A stretch of 64,000 bases of DNA, from positions 32,001 through 96,000 of IMG/VR virus record IMGVR_UViG_3300045391_004889; one strand, written 5' to 3'. Positions 1 to 8,836 of the stretch are shown here, piece by piece; position 1 is the first letter of the stretch, and the number at the start of each line of letters is the position of its first letter. Both the position numbers and the translations under genes were made by a program. The DNA comes from a virus. The notes below the pieces were generated by a model that did not search any database, was not told where the DNA came from, and saw only the letters and a program-made list of their open reading frames with translations.

Positions 1-141
1 GGCGGTGCCGAGGCACCGAGCGTGACCGGAAACCGGTCCCTCCTCCGTCGGCACGGTGAACCAGTTGGTTCCCTCCAGGGGTCCGCCACAGTCCACGCAC
101 TCGTCCGGAACCTGCTCGTTGTTCGCGGCCGTGACGTCCAT
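1..141 (-). CDS. small Cys-containing hypothetical protein, 3' end runs off the window
   Basis: ATG at 141 behind AAGGAG RBS and a consensus promoter; MDVTAANNEQVPDECVDCGGPL...HARC is open to position 1. Confidence 0.6.
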   Translation of the reverse strand, partial: MDVTAANNEQVPDECVDCGGPLEGTNWFTVPTEEGPVSGHARCLGTA

Positions 142-178
142 GATCTTCTCCTTCGTTCCTGTTCCTGCTGATGAGACC

Positions 179-207
179 AATCTACATCACGTCAGTGATG
201 TTGTCCA
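179..207 (-). promoter_or_regulatory. early-type promoter TGGACA-N17-TAGATT with palindromic spacer
   Basis: matches the repeated promoter consensus; spacer ACATCAC-tgac-GTGATGT; leader CAGCAGGAACAGGAA. Confidence 0.7.
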
Positions 208-325
208 CAACTGCGCGAAAGTTTTTGCGTGCGATCTCACCCCCATGTGGCTAACATCACGAAAGCGGGATATATTCTGGCCAGGGGGATTGGTGTCAGC
301 TGATCAAGGTTGAGGGCGGTGACTC

Positions 326-934
326 ATGGCGGGACGTGGCTCCATCTACGACAACGAGGAGAGCCCTCGCTACAAGGATCAGGACGACGTCAACCGCGTG
401 GAGGGCAAGGACGAGTACCTGCTCGCCCGACCCAGCCAGCAGTGGAACATCCGACGCAAGGGCAAGATGCGCGACGCGGAGTGTGCCCGGCTGAAGGCCA
501 TCGGTTGGCCGCTCGACAAGATCGCTCGCTACATGTGCCTGGACGAGCCCGACCCGGAGAACGGACCGGTTCGCGTGGCCGCGGCGATCAAGCGAGCTCT
601 CGGCGAGATGGCACGCTTCGCCAACGACGAGGCGCGGCTCATGGAGTCGAACAGCCTCGACGAGCTCGAGTGGGAGGCGTGGAAGACCCTCCAGGAGCGC
701 CACGTGGTCATCAGCCAGGGACGCGTCGTTCGCGATGACGAGACCGGCGAGGTGATCCCGGATGACCGCTACATCCTGGAGACGGTCGACCGCATCCTGA
801 AGATCAAGGAGCGTCGCGCCAAGCTCCTCGGCCTGGACGCGCCGATGCGTCGCGAGGTCATCACGATGGACTCCATCGACCAGGAGATCGCCAAGCTCGA
901 GACCGAGCTCAAGGCCACCAAGCAGCAGAGCTGA
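326..934 (+). CDS. terminase small subunit (probable)
   Basis: directly upstream of TerL; HTH-like segment and C-terminal ILKIKERRAKLLGLDAP motif typical of actinophage TerS. Confidence 0.75.
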   Translation: MAGRGSIYDNEESPRYKDQDDVNRVEGKDEYLLARPSQQWNIRRKGKMRDAECARLKAIGWPLDKIARYMCLDEPDPENGPVRVAAAIKRALGEMARFANDEARLMESNSLDELEWEAWKTLQERHVVISQGRVVRDDETGEVIPDDRYILETVDRILKIKERRAKLLGLDAPMRREVITMDSIDQEIAKLETELKATKQQS

Positions 935-948
935 AGTGAGGAGCCGCG

Positions 949-2565
949 GTGAGTGACGGTGCTTCTCTCGCAGAGGTGAAGCTCGCGCGGTTGCGGGAGC
1001 TGAAGCGGCTTCAGAGCGAAGCCGCCGCGATGAAGCAGGGTGTGCGGCAGTACTACCACGACCCAGTGGCGTTCGCGCACGACTGCATCGACTGGCGAGA
1101 GCACGGCCTCACCGCGTACCAAGAAGAGATCATCACCAAGCTGGCGGAGAAGCACCGCGTCTCCGTCCGCGGCCCTCACGGTCTGGGCAAGTCCGCCATC
1201 TCCGCGCTCACGATCCTCTGGTTCGCGATCACGCGAGACGGCACCGGCACCGATTGGAAAGTCGTCACCACCGCTGGTGCCTGGCGGCAGCTGATCAACT
1301 ACCTGTGGCCCGAGGTTCACAAGTGGGCCGGCCGCATCAAGTGGGAGAAGATCCGCGACCGCCCGTTCAGCGGCTCGGAGCTCCTCAACCTGAACCTGCG
1401 GTTGAAGTACGGCAGCGCCTTCGCGGCCGCCGCCTCCAACCCTGCCCTCATCGAGGGCGCCCACGCCGACTCCCTGCTCTTCATCTACGACGAGTCGAAG
1501 GCCATCATGGCCGGTACCTTCGACGCGTGCGAGGGTGCCTTCTCCGGCACCGGTGAGTCGTACGCGATGGCGCTCTCCACCCCCGGCCCACCCCAGGGCC
1601 GGTTCTACGACATCCAATCTCGCAAGCCTGGCTACGAGGACTGGTTCGTCAAGCACGTCACCCTGGAAGAGTCCATGGCGGCGAACCGCATCTCCGCTCA
1701 GTGGGCGGAGCAGCGCAAGCTGCAGTGGGGTGAACACTCCGCTCTCTACCAGAACCGCGTGCTCGGCGAGTTCTACGCCGGTGAGGAAGACTCCGTCATC
1801 CCGCTCAGCTGGGTTGAGGCGGCCGTCGAACGCTGGCACGAGTGGGATGAGAACGGCCGGCTGGATCCGGGTGTGCCTCACACCGTGGGTGTCGACGTCG
1901 CTCGCAGTGGCACCGACAAGACGTGTATGGCGGTCCGCTGGGGACACGTCATCACCGAGGTGCGGTCGTACACTCACAACGACACGATGACCACCACCGG
2001 TCGCGTTCAGAACCTGCTGGAGAACGACCCGGCTGCGACCGCCATCGTCGACGTCGTCGGCGTCGGCGCGGGTGTGGTTGACCGGCTTCGTGAAACGGGT
2101 GCCAGGGTCCAGCCCTTCAACGCCTCCGCACGCAGTCGCAACCGAGACCGCACCGGTGAGCTGGGCTTCATCAACACACGAGCCGCCTCCTGGTGGAACC
2201 TGCGAGAGCAGCTCGACCCAACCTTCCGTCCGATCATCTGTCTGCCACCTGACGACGACCTGCTCGGTGACCTCACGGCCCCGAAGGCAGGCGAACCACA
2301 GTCAGGTGGTAAGCTGAAGATCGAGTCCAAGGACGACATCAAGAAGCGTATCGGTCGTTCCACCGACCGAGCTGACGCCGTCGTCCAGGCCTTCTGGACT
2401 GAGGTGGGCAACTGGCACAGCGCCTACGGCACCGCGACGTGTTTCCACTGCAACGCAGGGTTCGTCTTGCGGGTCAACGGCGTCGACCGTACCGAGTGCC
2501 CACACTGCGGGAACTCTCTCGAGGACCCGGAGGACGAGATCACAGAGGAAGAAGAGCCCGCGTGA
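949..2565 (+). CDS. terL: terminase large subunit with C-terminal Zn ribbon
   Basis: Walker A GPHGLGKS, Walker B FIYDE, coupling motif STP, nuclease GVDVA...D and STDRADA; CxxC...CxxC tail. Confidence 0.93.
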   Translation: MSDGASLAEVKLARLRELKRLQSEAAAMKQGVRQYYHDPVAFAHDCIDWREHGLTAYQEEIITKLAEKHRVSVRGPHGLGKSAISALTILWFAITRDGTGTDWKVVTTAGAWRQLINYLWPEVHKWAGRIKWEKIRDRPFSGSELLNLNLRLKYGSAFAAAASNPALIEGAHADSLLFIYDESKAIMAGTFDACEGAFSGTGESYAMALSTPGPPQGRFYDIQSRKPGYEDWFVKHVTLEESMAANRISAQWAEQRKLQWGEHSALYQNRVLGEFYAGEEDSVIPLSWVEAAVERWHEWDENGRLDPGVPHTVGVDVARSGTDKTCMAVRWGHVITEVRSYTHNDTMTTTGRVQNLLENDPAATAIVDVVGVGAGVVDRLRETGARVQPFNASARSRNRDRTGELGFINTRAASWWNLREQLDPTFRPIICLPPDDDLLGDLTAPKAGEPQSGGKLKIESKDDIKKRIGRSTDRADAVVQAFWTEVGNWHSAYGTATCFHCNAGFVLRVNGVDRTECPHCGNSLEDPEDEITEEEEPA

Positions 2566-2750
2566 ACAGCTACAGCATCACCTACTGGGTGCCCGGTTCC
2601 ACCGGGACGCCCAGCATCCTGAGCGTGAACGCGGCGGAGTTCGCCTTCACGGAGACCCACGCACTCTTCATGGATGACAGCCGCAAGGTCGTTCTGGCAC
2701 TGCCACTCACGCTGCAGCCGATGATCCGCTTCGTCGGACCGGCCGCGTGA
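2562..2750 (+). CDS. hypothetical protein
   Basis: GTG overlaps the TerL stop (GTGA); good codon bias. Confidence 0.6.
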   Translation: MNSYSITYWVPGSTGTPSILSVNAAEFAFTETHALFMDDSRKVVLALPLTLQPMIRFVGPAA

Positions 2751-2962
2751 AGGCCGCCAAGCACGATCTCGCGGAGAAGCCGTTCATCGGTACCCCACGC
2801 CCGCTTCCGCGAGCGCTGTTGTGCCACGTCCCGAAGGGACCTGGCGGACGTTGGTGCGGACGGTCCTGGACTGCCAACACCATGGTGGAGTACCATGAAC
2901 TTCTGAGGAAGCGTGAGGTCCATCAGCGACTGTGCGCTACCCTCGAAACGCCGCTGGCTTAG
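2747..2962 (+). CDS. hypothetical protein (possible Zn-binding)
   Basis: GTGA translational coupling; fills the gap in the operon. Confidence 0.5.
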   Translation: MKAAKHDLAEKPFIGTPRPLPRALLCHVPKGPGGRWCGRSWTANTMVEYHELLRKREVHQRLCATLETPLA

Positions 2963-2970
2963 GAGCCAAC

Positions 2971-3246
2971 GTGTCTGACGATGAACTCACGCCTGAACAG
3001 AAGGCGGATGCGCGCGCCATCTTCGAGGGCACTTCAGAGCGAAGTGCCTGCCACTTCTGCGCCGGGATCCACTCCTTTGTGGCTGGTCTCCCGGACGCTC
3101 GTCAGCCCTGTCCCAGGGTGAAGCGAATCGAGTGGCATCCCGACGGCACGGTACTGAACGTGGAGTACTGGCCACCGGGGCGATGGGAAGCTGACGTGAT
3201 CTTCCCCGCCGACGCCTATGACGACGACGGTGAGGTAAGCGAGTGA
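2971..3246 (+). CDS. hypothetical protein with CxxCxxxH...C motif
   Basis: AGGAG RBS before GTG; CHFCAGIH...CPR. Confidence 0.65.
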   Translation: MSDDELTPEQKADARAIFEGTSERSACHFCAGIHSFVAGLPDARQPCPRVKRIEWHPDGTVLNVEYWPPGRWEADVIFPADAYDDDGEVSE

Positions 3247-3536
3247 AGTTCGTGTGCGACTCCTCGATGGAGCGTGGCATGGCCGTCTTGCTCGCTCTGA
3301 ACCCGGTCACCAAGACCGAGGTCAAGCTCAACCCGCCCTTCCTCTGGGACACCAGGGAACAGCTCGACGAGTTCTCTCGTCGCTTCGAGTCTTACTGCGA
3401 AGCGGCGTGGGAGTTTGCCAAGCTGGACGTCAACGAGGTCAACGTCTCATCTTGGCCCGATCATCAGCCAGCGACGGTGGTCGGCGGCGAACCCGTCGCT
3501 GATGGCCTCGCGAGCGACGAGCCCGCGTCTGGGTAA
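3243..3536 (+). CDS. hypothetical protein
   Basis: GTGA coupling; GAGG RBS. Confidence 0.6.
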   Translation: MKFVCDSSMERGMAVLLALNPVTKTEVKLNPPFLWDTREQLDEFSRRFESYCEAAWEFAKLDVNEVNVSSWPDHQPATVVGGEPVADGLASDEPASG

Positions 3537-3546
3537 GGGTGATGAC

Positions 3547-6195
3547 ATGACCAACGGGACGCTGAGCGCAATGGCCGAAGGCGACCCTACCCCCGAGGAT
3601 GACACCAGCAAGGGTTTCTCTGCCGGGTCCGAGTGGACCAACACGGCAACCGGAGAGACCTTTACCTGCGTGGATGCCTCACTCACCGACGCAACCTGGC
3701 AGCCTCTGACCCCGCCAGCCGATGTGTCCCCGATCCCGATGGTTCCCTCAAGGGTCGTGTCCGAGGCGGTTGCAAACGCCGTTCGTCCACGTCCTACCTT
3801 CTCCGGCACCTTTGAGGCGTCCGGAGACTACGCGGTTACCGTCGACAACATGTCGAGTGGCATGCTTCGCTCGGCAGTTGACCCCGGCCTCACGGCCGAT
3901 GCGCCCACTCCATCTGATGGAAAGGATGGTGAAATGGCGGACAACCTCGGTGTTGCGGCACCGGTGCTCCCCGTCGTCACCACCGTCGACCGATGCGCAC
4001 CCGCGCCATACTGGCGCGAGAGCGACAACGACGACGCACTCATCGCGGATGGCTTCCAGCACGTGCTGCGAGGCCAGACGGACATCAACAACAACGTTGG
4101 TGCCACCGGACAGCGGGGCCTCATGGGCCAGCGCATCACGGATGGCCTGGTCACGAGCGGCACCGACGCGGTGCTCCACGGCCAGGCCGGCATCAACGAG
4201 AACGTCGGCTCCACGGGGCAGCGCCTCCTGGTCGGCCAGAACCACATCAACGAGAACGTGGGTGCCACGGGCCAGCGGGTCATCGCCGGCCAGCGCATCA
4301 CCGACGCCGAGCTCGGTGCTGGGTTCCAGAACACCTCGAACGGTCAGCGTCACACCGACGGCCTGGTGACCAGCGGGGTCAACCACCTCAGCAACGAGCA
4401 CATGGAGCTCGCCGAGGGCCAGCGGTTCACGGACCGCGCGGTTCAGGACGGGACCCAGGCCGGCCTCACCGGTCAGCGCTTCACCGACGCTCGCGTCGCG
4501 GACGGCGTGCACGGTCTCAGCCGTCAGATCAACCAGGACGCCATGTTCCTGGACGCGGAGGCCAACCGCAACGCGCAGTACCTGGGCAACCAGATGGCGC
4601 GCGGTCACGAGCAGCTCCTGGCCGGCCAGGACGCGACCGACCGCAACGTCGACGCCAACGGTCGCTGGCTGAGTGACGGTCAGCGTTTCACCGACGCCAA
4701 CGTCAACGGCAACGCTCGCTGGCTCGACCGCAACATCGACGACGTGGACCGCGACGTCAACCGCGGCTTCCGTGAGACCGAGCGTGGTCAGCGCCTGACT
4801 GACGACCGCGTCAACGACAGCGCACGTTGGGTGGAGCGCGGTCAGCACGACCTGCACCGCCACCTGGGCGAGGTGGACCGTCACCTCGACCGTGAGATCG
4901 ACGACGTCGATGACAACGTCAGCGACTCCGCTCGCTGGCTGCACACCGGTCAGGACAGCAACGCTCGCTGGCTCCACAGCGGACAGGACGCCAACGCCTG
5001 GCGTCTGGCCCAGCAGGCTGGCGCCGACACGCGCTACCTCGACGGCAACATCGACGCCGGTCGTCGCGAGACCGCTCACGGCTTCGGCCACACGAACGAG
5101 CACCTCGCGAACGCTGAGCGTCGCATCGAGAACCGCATCGCCGACAAGGTGCACCACGTCGGTGAGGAACTCGCGGAGGGCCAGGGCGACCTCGGCCGTC
5201 AGATCGTGGACTCCGAGCGCCGCGTCGAGGGCCGCCTGGCCCACAACGCGGAGGAGAACGCGGAGGCCTTCGGCGAGACCAACCGGCACCTCTCGGACTC
5301 CGAGCGTCGTCTGGGCAACAACGCCCGTGACAACGCCCGCGAGACGCAGCTGCGGCTCGCCGACGCCGAGCGTCGCATCGAGCACCAGGCTGACATGTCT
5401 GAGCTGCGTGAGACGAAGAACCTGGACGACGCGGAGCGCCGTCTCCACGGTCAGATCCAGCACAACGTCTCACACAACCTCGAGGAGATCGCGGAGCAGG
5501 TCGGCGACTTCGAGCGTCGCACCGCTTCCGACTTCCGTGACACCGAGCGTCGCCTCGACAACCGCATCGACGCCTCCGAGCGTCGGGTGGAGGGTGTCGT
5601 TCGTCACAACCTCGAGGAGCTCTCAGAGCAGCTCAGCGACCACGACCGTCGCGCTTCCGAGCGTCTGGCGGAGCTCGCGTGTGAGGTCGGCCGTGAGGGC
5701 GACCGCACCCGTGGCCTGGTCGAGAAGACGGACCTCGAGACCCGTCTCTACCTGCGTGACCGCGAGGACCGCACGCACGACCTGGTGCGCACCCTGGCGG
5801 ACCGCAACCTGGTGGAGATGCAGCGCTTCGAGCGTCGCTCTCGTGACGACGAGGACGCCACGCGTGCTCTCATCCGTCACGAGGCGGAGGAGCGTCACGA
5901 GCGCAACTTCGCTCTCGGCCTGGCGCGTGAGACCCGTCTGCAGAACCGCGTGGACCTGCTCGAGGCACTCGAGTGCCGCGACCGCCGTGACTGGGACCGT
6001 GACCGTCACCACCGCAGCGGCATCAACTTCAACCCGAACATCAACGTTCACATCGATGACGTGATGGACGACCGCAACTTCCAGGCTCAGGCGCAGCGTC
6101 AGCGGCAGTTCGACCCGAACGTCCGCCTGCGCAACGTCGGCAACACGAGCGCGGTCGGCGGCTTCCGGGGCGACGACCCCGGCATGACGGTCTGA
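3547..6195 (+). CDS. large helical repeat protein of unknown function (GQRxTD and D[AS]ERR repeats); possible internal start at 3934
   Basis: long ORF with strong GC3 bias; repeats visible in the translation; second RBS GAAAGGA upstream of an in-frame ATG at 3934. Confidence 0.8.
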   Translation: MTNGTLSAMAEGDPTPEDDTSKGFSAGSEWTNTATGETFTCVDASLTDATWQPLTPPADVSPIPMVPSRVVSEAVANAVRPRPTFSGTFEASGDYAVTVDNMSSGMLRSAVDPGLTADAPTPSDGKDGEMADNLGVAAPVLPVVTTVDRCAPAPYWRESDNDDALIADGFQHVLRGQTDINNNVGATGQRGLMGQRITDGLVTSGTDAVLHGQAGINENVGSTGQRLLVGQNHINENVGATGQRVIAGQRITDAELGAGFQNTSNGQRHTDGLVTSGVNHLSNEHMELAEGQRFTDRAVQDGTQAGLTGQRFTDARVADGVHGLSRQINQDAMFLDAEANRNAQYLGNQMARGHEQLLAGQDATDRNVDANGRWLSDGQRFTDANVNGNARWLDRNIDDVDRDVNRGFRETERGQRLTDDRVNDSARWVERGQHDLHRHLGEVDRHLDREIDDVDDNVSDSARWLHTGQDSNARWLHSGQDANAWRLAQQAGADTRYLDGNIDAGRRETAHGFGHTNEHLANAERRIENRIADKVHHVGEELAEGQGDLGRQIVDSERRVEGRLAHNAEENAEAFGETNRHLSDSERRLGNNARDNARETQLRLADAERRIEHQADMSELRETKNLDDAERRLHGQIQHNVSHNLEEIAEQVGDFERRTASDFRDTERRLDNRIDASERRVEGVVRHNLEELSEQLSDHDRRASERLAELACEVGREGDRTRGLVEKTDLETRLYLRDREDRTHDLVRTLADRNLVEMQRFERRSRDDEDATRALIRHEAEERHERNFALGLARETRLQNRVDLLEALECRDRRDWDRDRHHRSGINFNPNINVHIDDVMDDRNFQAQAQRQRQFDPNVRLRNVGNTSAVGGFRGDDPGMTV

Positions 6196-6207
6196 GGCCG
6201 GTGACCC

Positions 6208-6555
6208 GTGCCTCTGACCACTCACGTCGCGTTCAGCTCCACCAACAGCACGTTCGTCCCCAGTGACACGTGGGTTTCTCTGATTGGTGGTCCCGCATCC
6301 ATCATCGGGCTGAGCTTCCCCCTGCAGCTGCAGGGCTACGTGCTCAACCTGACCGAGAACGACCGTCTGCGGTTCGTGATCGACGGCATGGAGGTCGTCA
6401 AGGCGCCGCCGGAGTACGGGCTGCTGTACATCACGCAGCCTCTGCTCGGCCCGCACACGGTCGACTTCCAGGCCATCGCAGGACCAAGTGAGGACCAGGT
6501 TCAGGCCGGCCCTCGCGGGTTCACCGCGATCGACCTCGGCCTGGTCGTGCCGTAA
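6208..6555 (+). CDS. hypothetical beta-rich protein (probably virion-associated)
   Basis: GAGG RBS; codon bias; lies in the structural operon. Confidence 0.65.
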   Translation: MPLTTHVAFSSTNSTFVPSDTWVSLIGGPASIIGLSFPLQLQGYVLNLTENDRLRFVIDGMEVVKAPPEYGLLYITQPLLGPHTVDFQAIAGPSEDQVQAGPRGFTAIDLGLVVP

Positions 6556-6626
6556 CCAGTAGTACCTGAGCGCGGGTGGCCTCGGTCACCCGCGCTCAGC
6601 CATCTGACGTGAGTGGAGGTGACGCA

Positions 6627-6998
6627 GTGGCGCTACTGCCGAACAACTACACCATCGTGACCGCGATGGACTCGCAGTGGTCCGGGGTGTTCACGGTCAC
6701 CAACGACGACGGCAGTCTTACCGATCTCACCAACAAGACCTTCGAGTTCGTGATCAGAAACCGTCTCGGTTCCGTCGGTACGGTACTGGCCTCGGTTAAC
6801 AACACAGCCGGCGCGGCCAACGGGACGATCGTCGTGGATCTCACGAAGTCCACGGTGGAGGTTATCCTCAACCCGGTGGCCGTCAACACGGTCACCAACG
6901 GCGGGGCGCCGTACACTCTCTGGATGGACCCCAGCTTGTCGGACGCGACCGCTCTGGTCACCGGCACCATCTACGTCAACCCAGTAGCCACGCCGTAA
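6627..6998 (+). CDS. small structural adaptor-like protein (BppU N-terminal-like)
   Basis: GGAGG RBS; FTVTNDDGSLTDLTNKTFEFVIR pattern; precedes a spike gene. Confidence 0.55.
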   Translation: MALLPNNYTIVTAMDSQWSGVFTVTNDDGSLTDLTNKTFEFVIRNRLGSVGTVLASVNNTAGAANGTIVVDLTKSTVEVILNPVAVNTVTNGGAPYTLWMDPSLSDATALVTGTIYVNPVATP

Positions 6999-7007
6999 GG
7001 AGGGCAC

Positions 7008-8819
7008 GTGGTCAACGTCACGGTTACGACGGCTGGTACGTCGGGACCACGCGGCACCGGCTGGCTGAACGGCACCACGACGCCGAGTGACTCTCTCGGG
7101 TTCGACGGTGACTTCTACCTGAACGACAGCAACCCGAACTCCCCGGTGTACTACGGTCCGAAGACCGCAGGCACCTGGACGGGCCACGGACCATACAGCT
7201 TCGGCACCGGCGTTTCTCAGTCGTGGGTCTTCGACGTTGTGGAGACATACGGCGCCAAGGGTGACGGTACCGAGGTTCACGACGGTGCGATGTTGAACAA
7301 CAGCACCACCCTGACGTGCGCCTCCGGCCCATTTGCGAATGCAGTTCCCGGCATGCCGATCGCCGTGAAGAACGCCGGCGCCTCGGCACCCACGACCCTG
7401 GTCACTACCATTGCGACTCGCATCAGCAACACGCAAGTAACGCTGAACGCACCCAACGCCTCTGGTGTTGATCAGACCAACCTGCAAGTTCAGTTCGGCA
7501 CCGACGACACGGTGGCCTTCCGCAACGCAGTCAACGACGCGGTAGAGTACGCTCAAGCGCACGGTGGCTTGGCCAAGGTCTTCATCCCGGCGGCCAGTAG
7601 CTTCTACGTGATCGCAGGCGCGCTGCAGACGGGTGGATCCACCCTCGGTAACGCGCAGATCCCGCTGCCGATCATTCCTGCGGCCGACAACAAGGTCACG
7701 CTGATCTTCGAGGGTGCGGGCAACGCGGCCGCGTTCCAGCACTGGCAGCAGACCGTTACCCAGCGTTCAGGCTCCACCCTGGTGAGCTTCGGCGTCTACG
7801 CGAACTCCACCGCGCAAAGCAACGACATCAACACGAACGGCAACCCGTCGGTCATCGGTGGTCCGACGACCGCTCACGGCTACGGTGCCTCCGCGCTCTT
7901 CAGCAACATGTACGTCGTGTTCAAGGACGTCGCCATTCGCACGACGTACAGCAACGGTGGCCTCACCTGGGGTGCCGGTGATCTCTACGGATGTGCGGAG
8001 GGAAGCCTCCAGAACTTCACGTATGGTGGCTGTGGCCAGGTGCAGAACGGCGACTTCGCCAACACGAACACCTTCTCCGCCGGTCTCTCCGTCGGCTTTC
8101 TCATGCCGGCCAACGGCAACAACGACAACTGCTGGGTCAGCAACGTCAGCTGTCAAGGTGGCTACACCTACGCGATGTTCATCTCTGAGCACTTCGTGGC
8201 TGATCGCCTGGGGATCCTCTACTCGTGGACCGCGATGGCGATCATCGGCACGTACGGGGGCTCGTTCGGCGCGTCTCACGCGATCAACCTCGGCCAGGTC
8301 TCCATCGAGTCCTGCAGCAAGCTGATCAACGTGTTGGGTGCCGGTCAGGGTGGACAGGGTCCGTGGGTGTACGGCGTGATCGACGTGGAAGGTTCACTCA
8401 GCCTGATTGACAACGGCAGCGGTGGTCTCAACGCTTTGCTGGGTGAGGTGACCCTGGCCGGTCTCACCAACCCGAGCAACTTTGATCTGCAGCACCCCAC
8501 GGGACTGAAGATCATCAACGGGTTGCAGGGATACGTGGCAAATGTTCACGCCTCAGACTACACAGTCACCGTACTTGATGATACGATCTTGGTAGACGCG
8601 AGTGCGGGAGCGGTGACCATCACGCTCATCAGCGCCGCGTGGACGCCGAACGTGTATCACGTGAAGAAGATCGACTCCAGCAGCAACGCGGTCGCCGTGG
8701 CCGCCGCGAGTGGCGAACTCATCGACGGAGCTGCCACTCAGTCTCTGGTTGCGCAGTGGGATCACACGACGGTGGCTCCAGCCAGGGTCAGTTCCGTGTG
8801 GGGCTGGTACCAGATCTAA
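7008..8819 (+). CDS. spike/fibre protein with pectate-lyase-like beta-helix
   Basis: YGAKGDG and DDTVAFRNA motifs; N-terminal GPRG-W-NG-P-G-DGDFYL motif; C-terminal DYTV...ILVDASAGAVTITL...KKIDSS fibre module. Confidence 0.75.
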   Translation: MVNVTVTTAGTSGPRGTGWLNGTTTPSDSLGFDGDFYLNDSNPNSPVYYGPKTAGTWTGHGPYSFGTGVSQSWVFDVVETYGAKGDGTEVHDGAMLNNSTTLTCASGPFANAVPGMPIAVKNAGASAPTTLVTTIATRISNTQVTLNAPNASGVDQTNLQVQFGTDDTVAFRNAVNDAVEYAQAHGGLAKVFIPAASSFYVIAGALQTGGSTLGNAQIPLPIIPAADNKVTLIFEGAGNAAAFQHWQQTVTQRSGSTLVSFGVYANSTAQSNDINTNGNPSVIGGPTTAHGYGASALFSNMYVVFKDVAIRTTYSNGGLTWGAGDLYGCAEGSLQNFTYGGCGQVQNGDFANTNTFSAGLSVGFLMPANGNNDNCWVSNVSCQGGYTYAMFISEHFVADRLGILYSWTAMAIIGTYGGSFGASHAINLGQVSIESCSKLINVLGAGQGGQGPWVYGVIDVEGSLSLIDNGSGGLNALLGEVTLAGLTNPSNFDLQHPTGLKIINGLQGYVANVHASDYTVTVLDDTILVDASAGAVTITLISAAWTPNVYHVKKIDSSSNAVAVAAASGELIDGAATQSLVAQWDHTTVAPARVSSVWGWYQI

Positions 8820-8836
8820 GAAGGACGGGAGGGAAC

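Noticed and set aside
4070-5660. Repeats in the large ORF as a CRISPR-like or DGR nucleotide array
   Set aside because: The repeats are conserved at protein level with synonymous variation and in-frame spacing, and there is no reverse transcriptase in the window.
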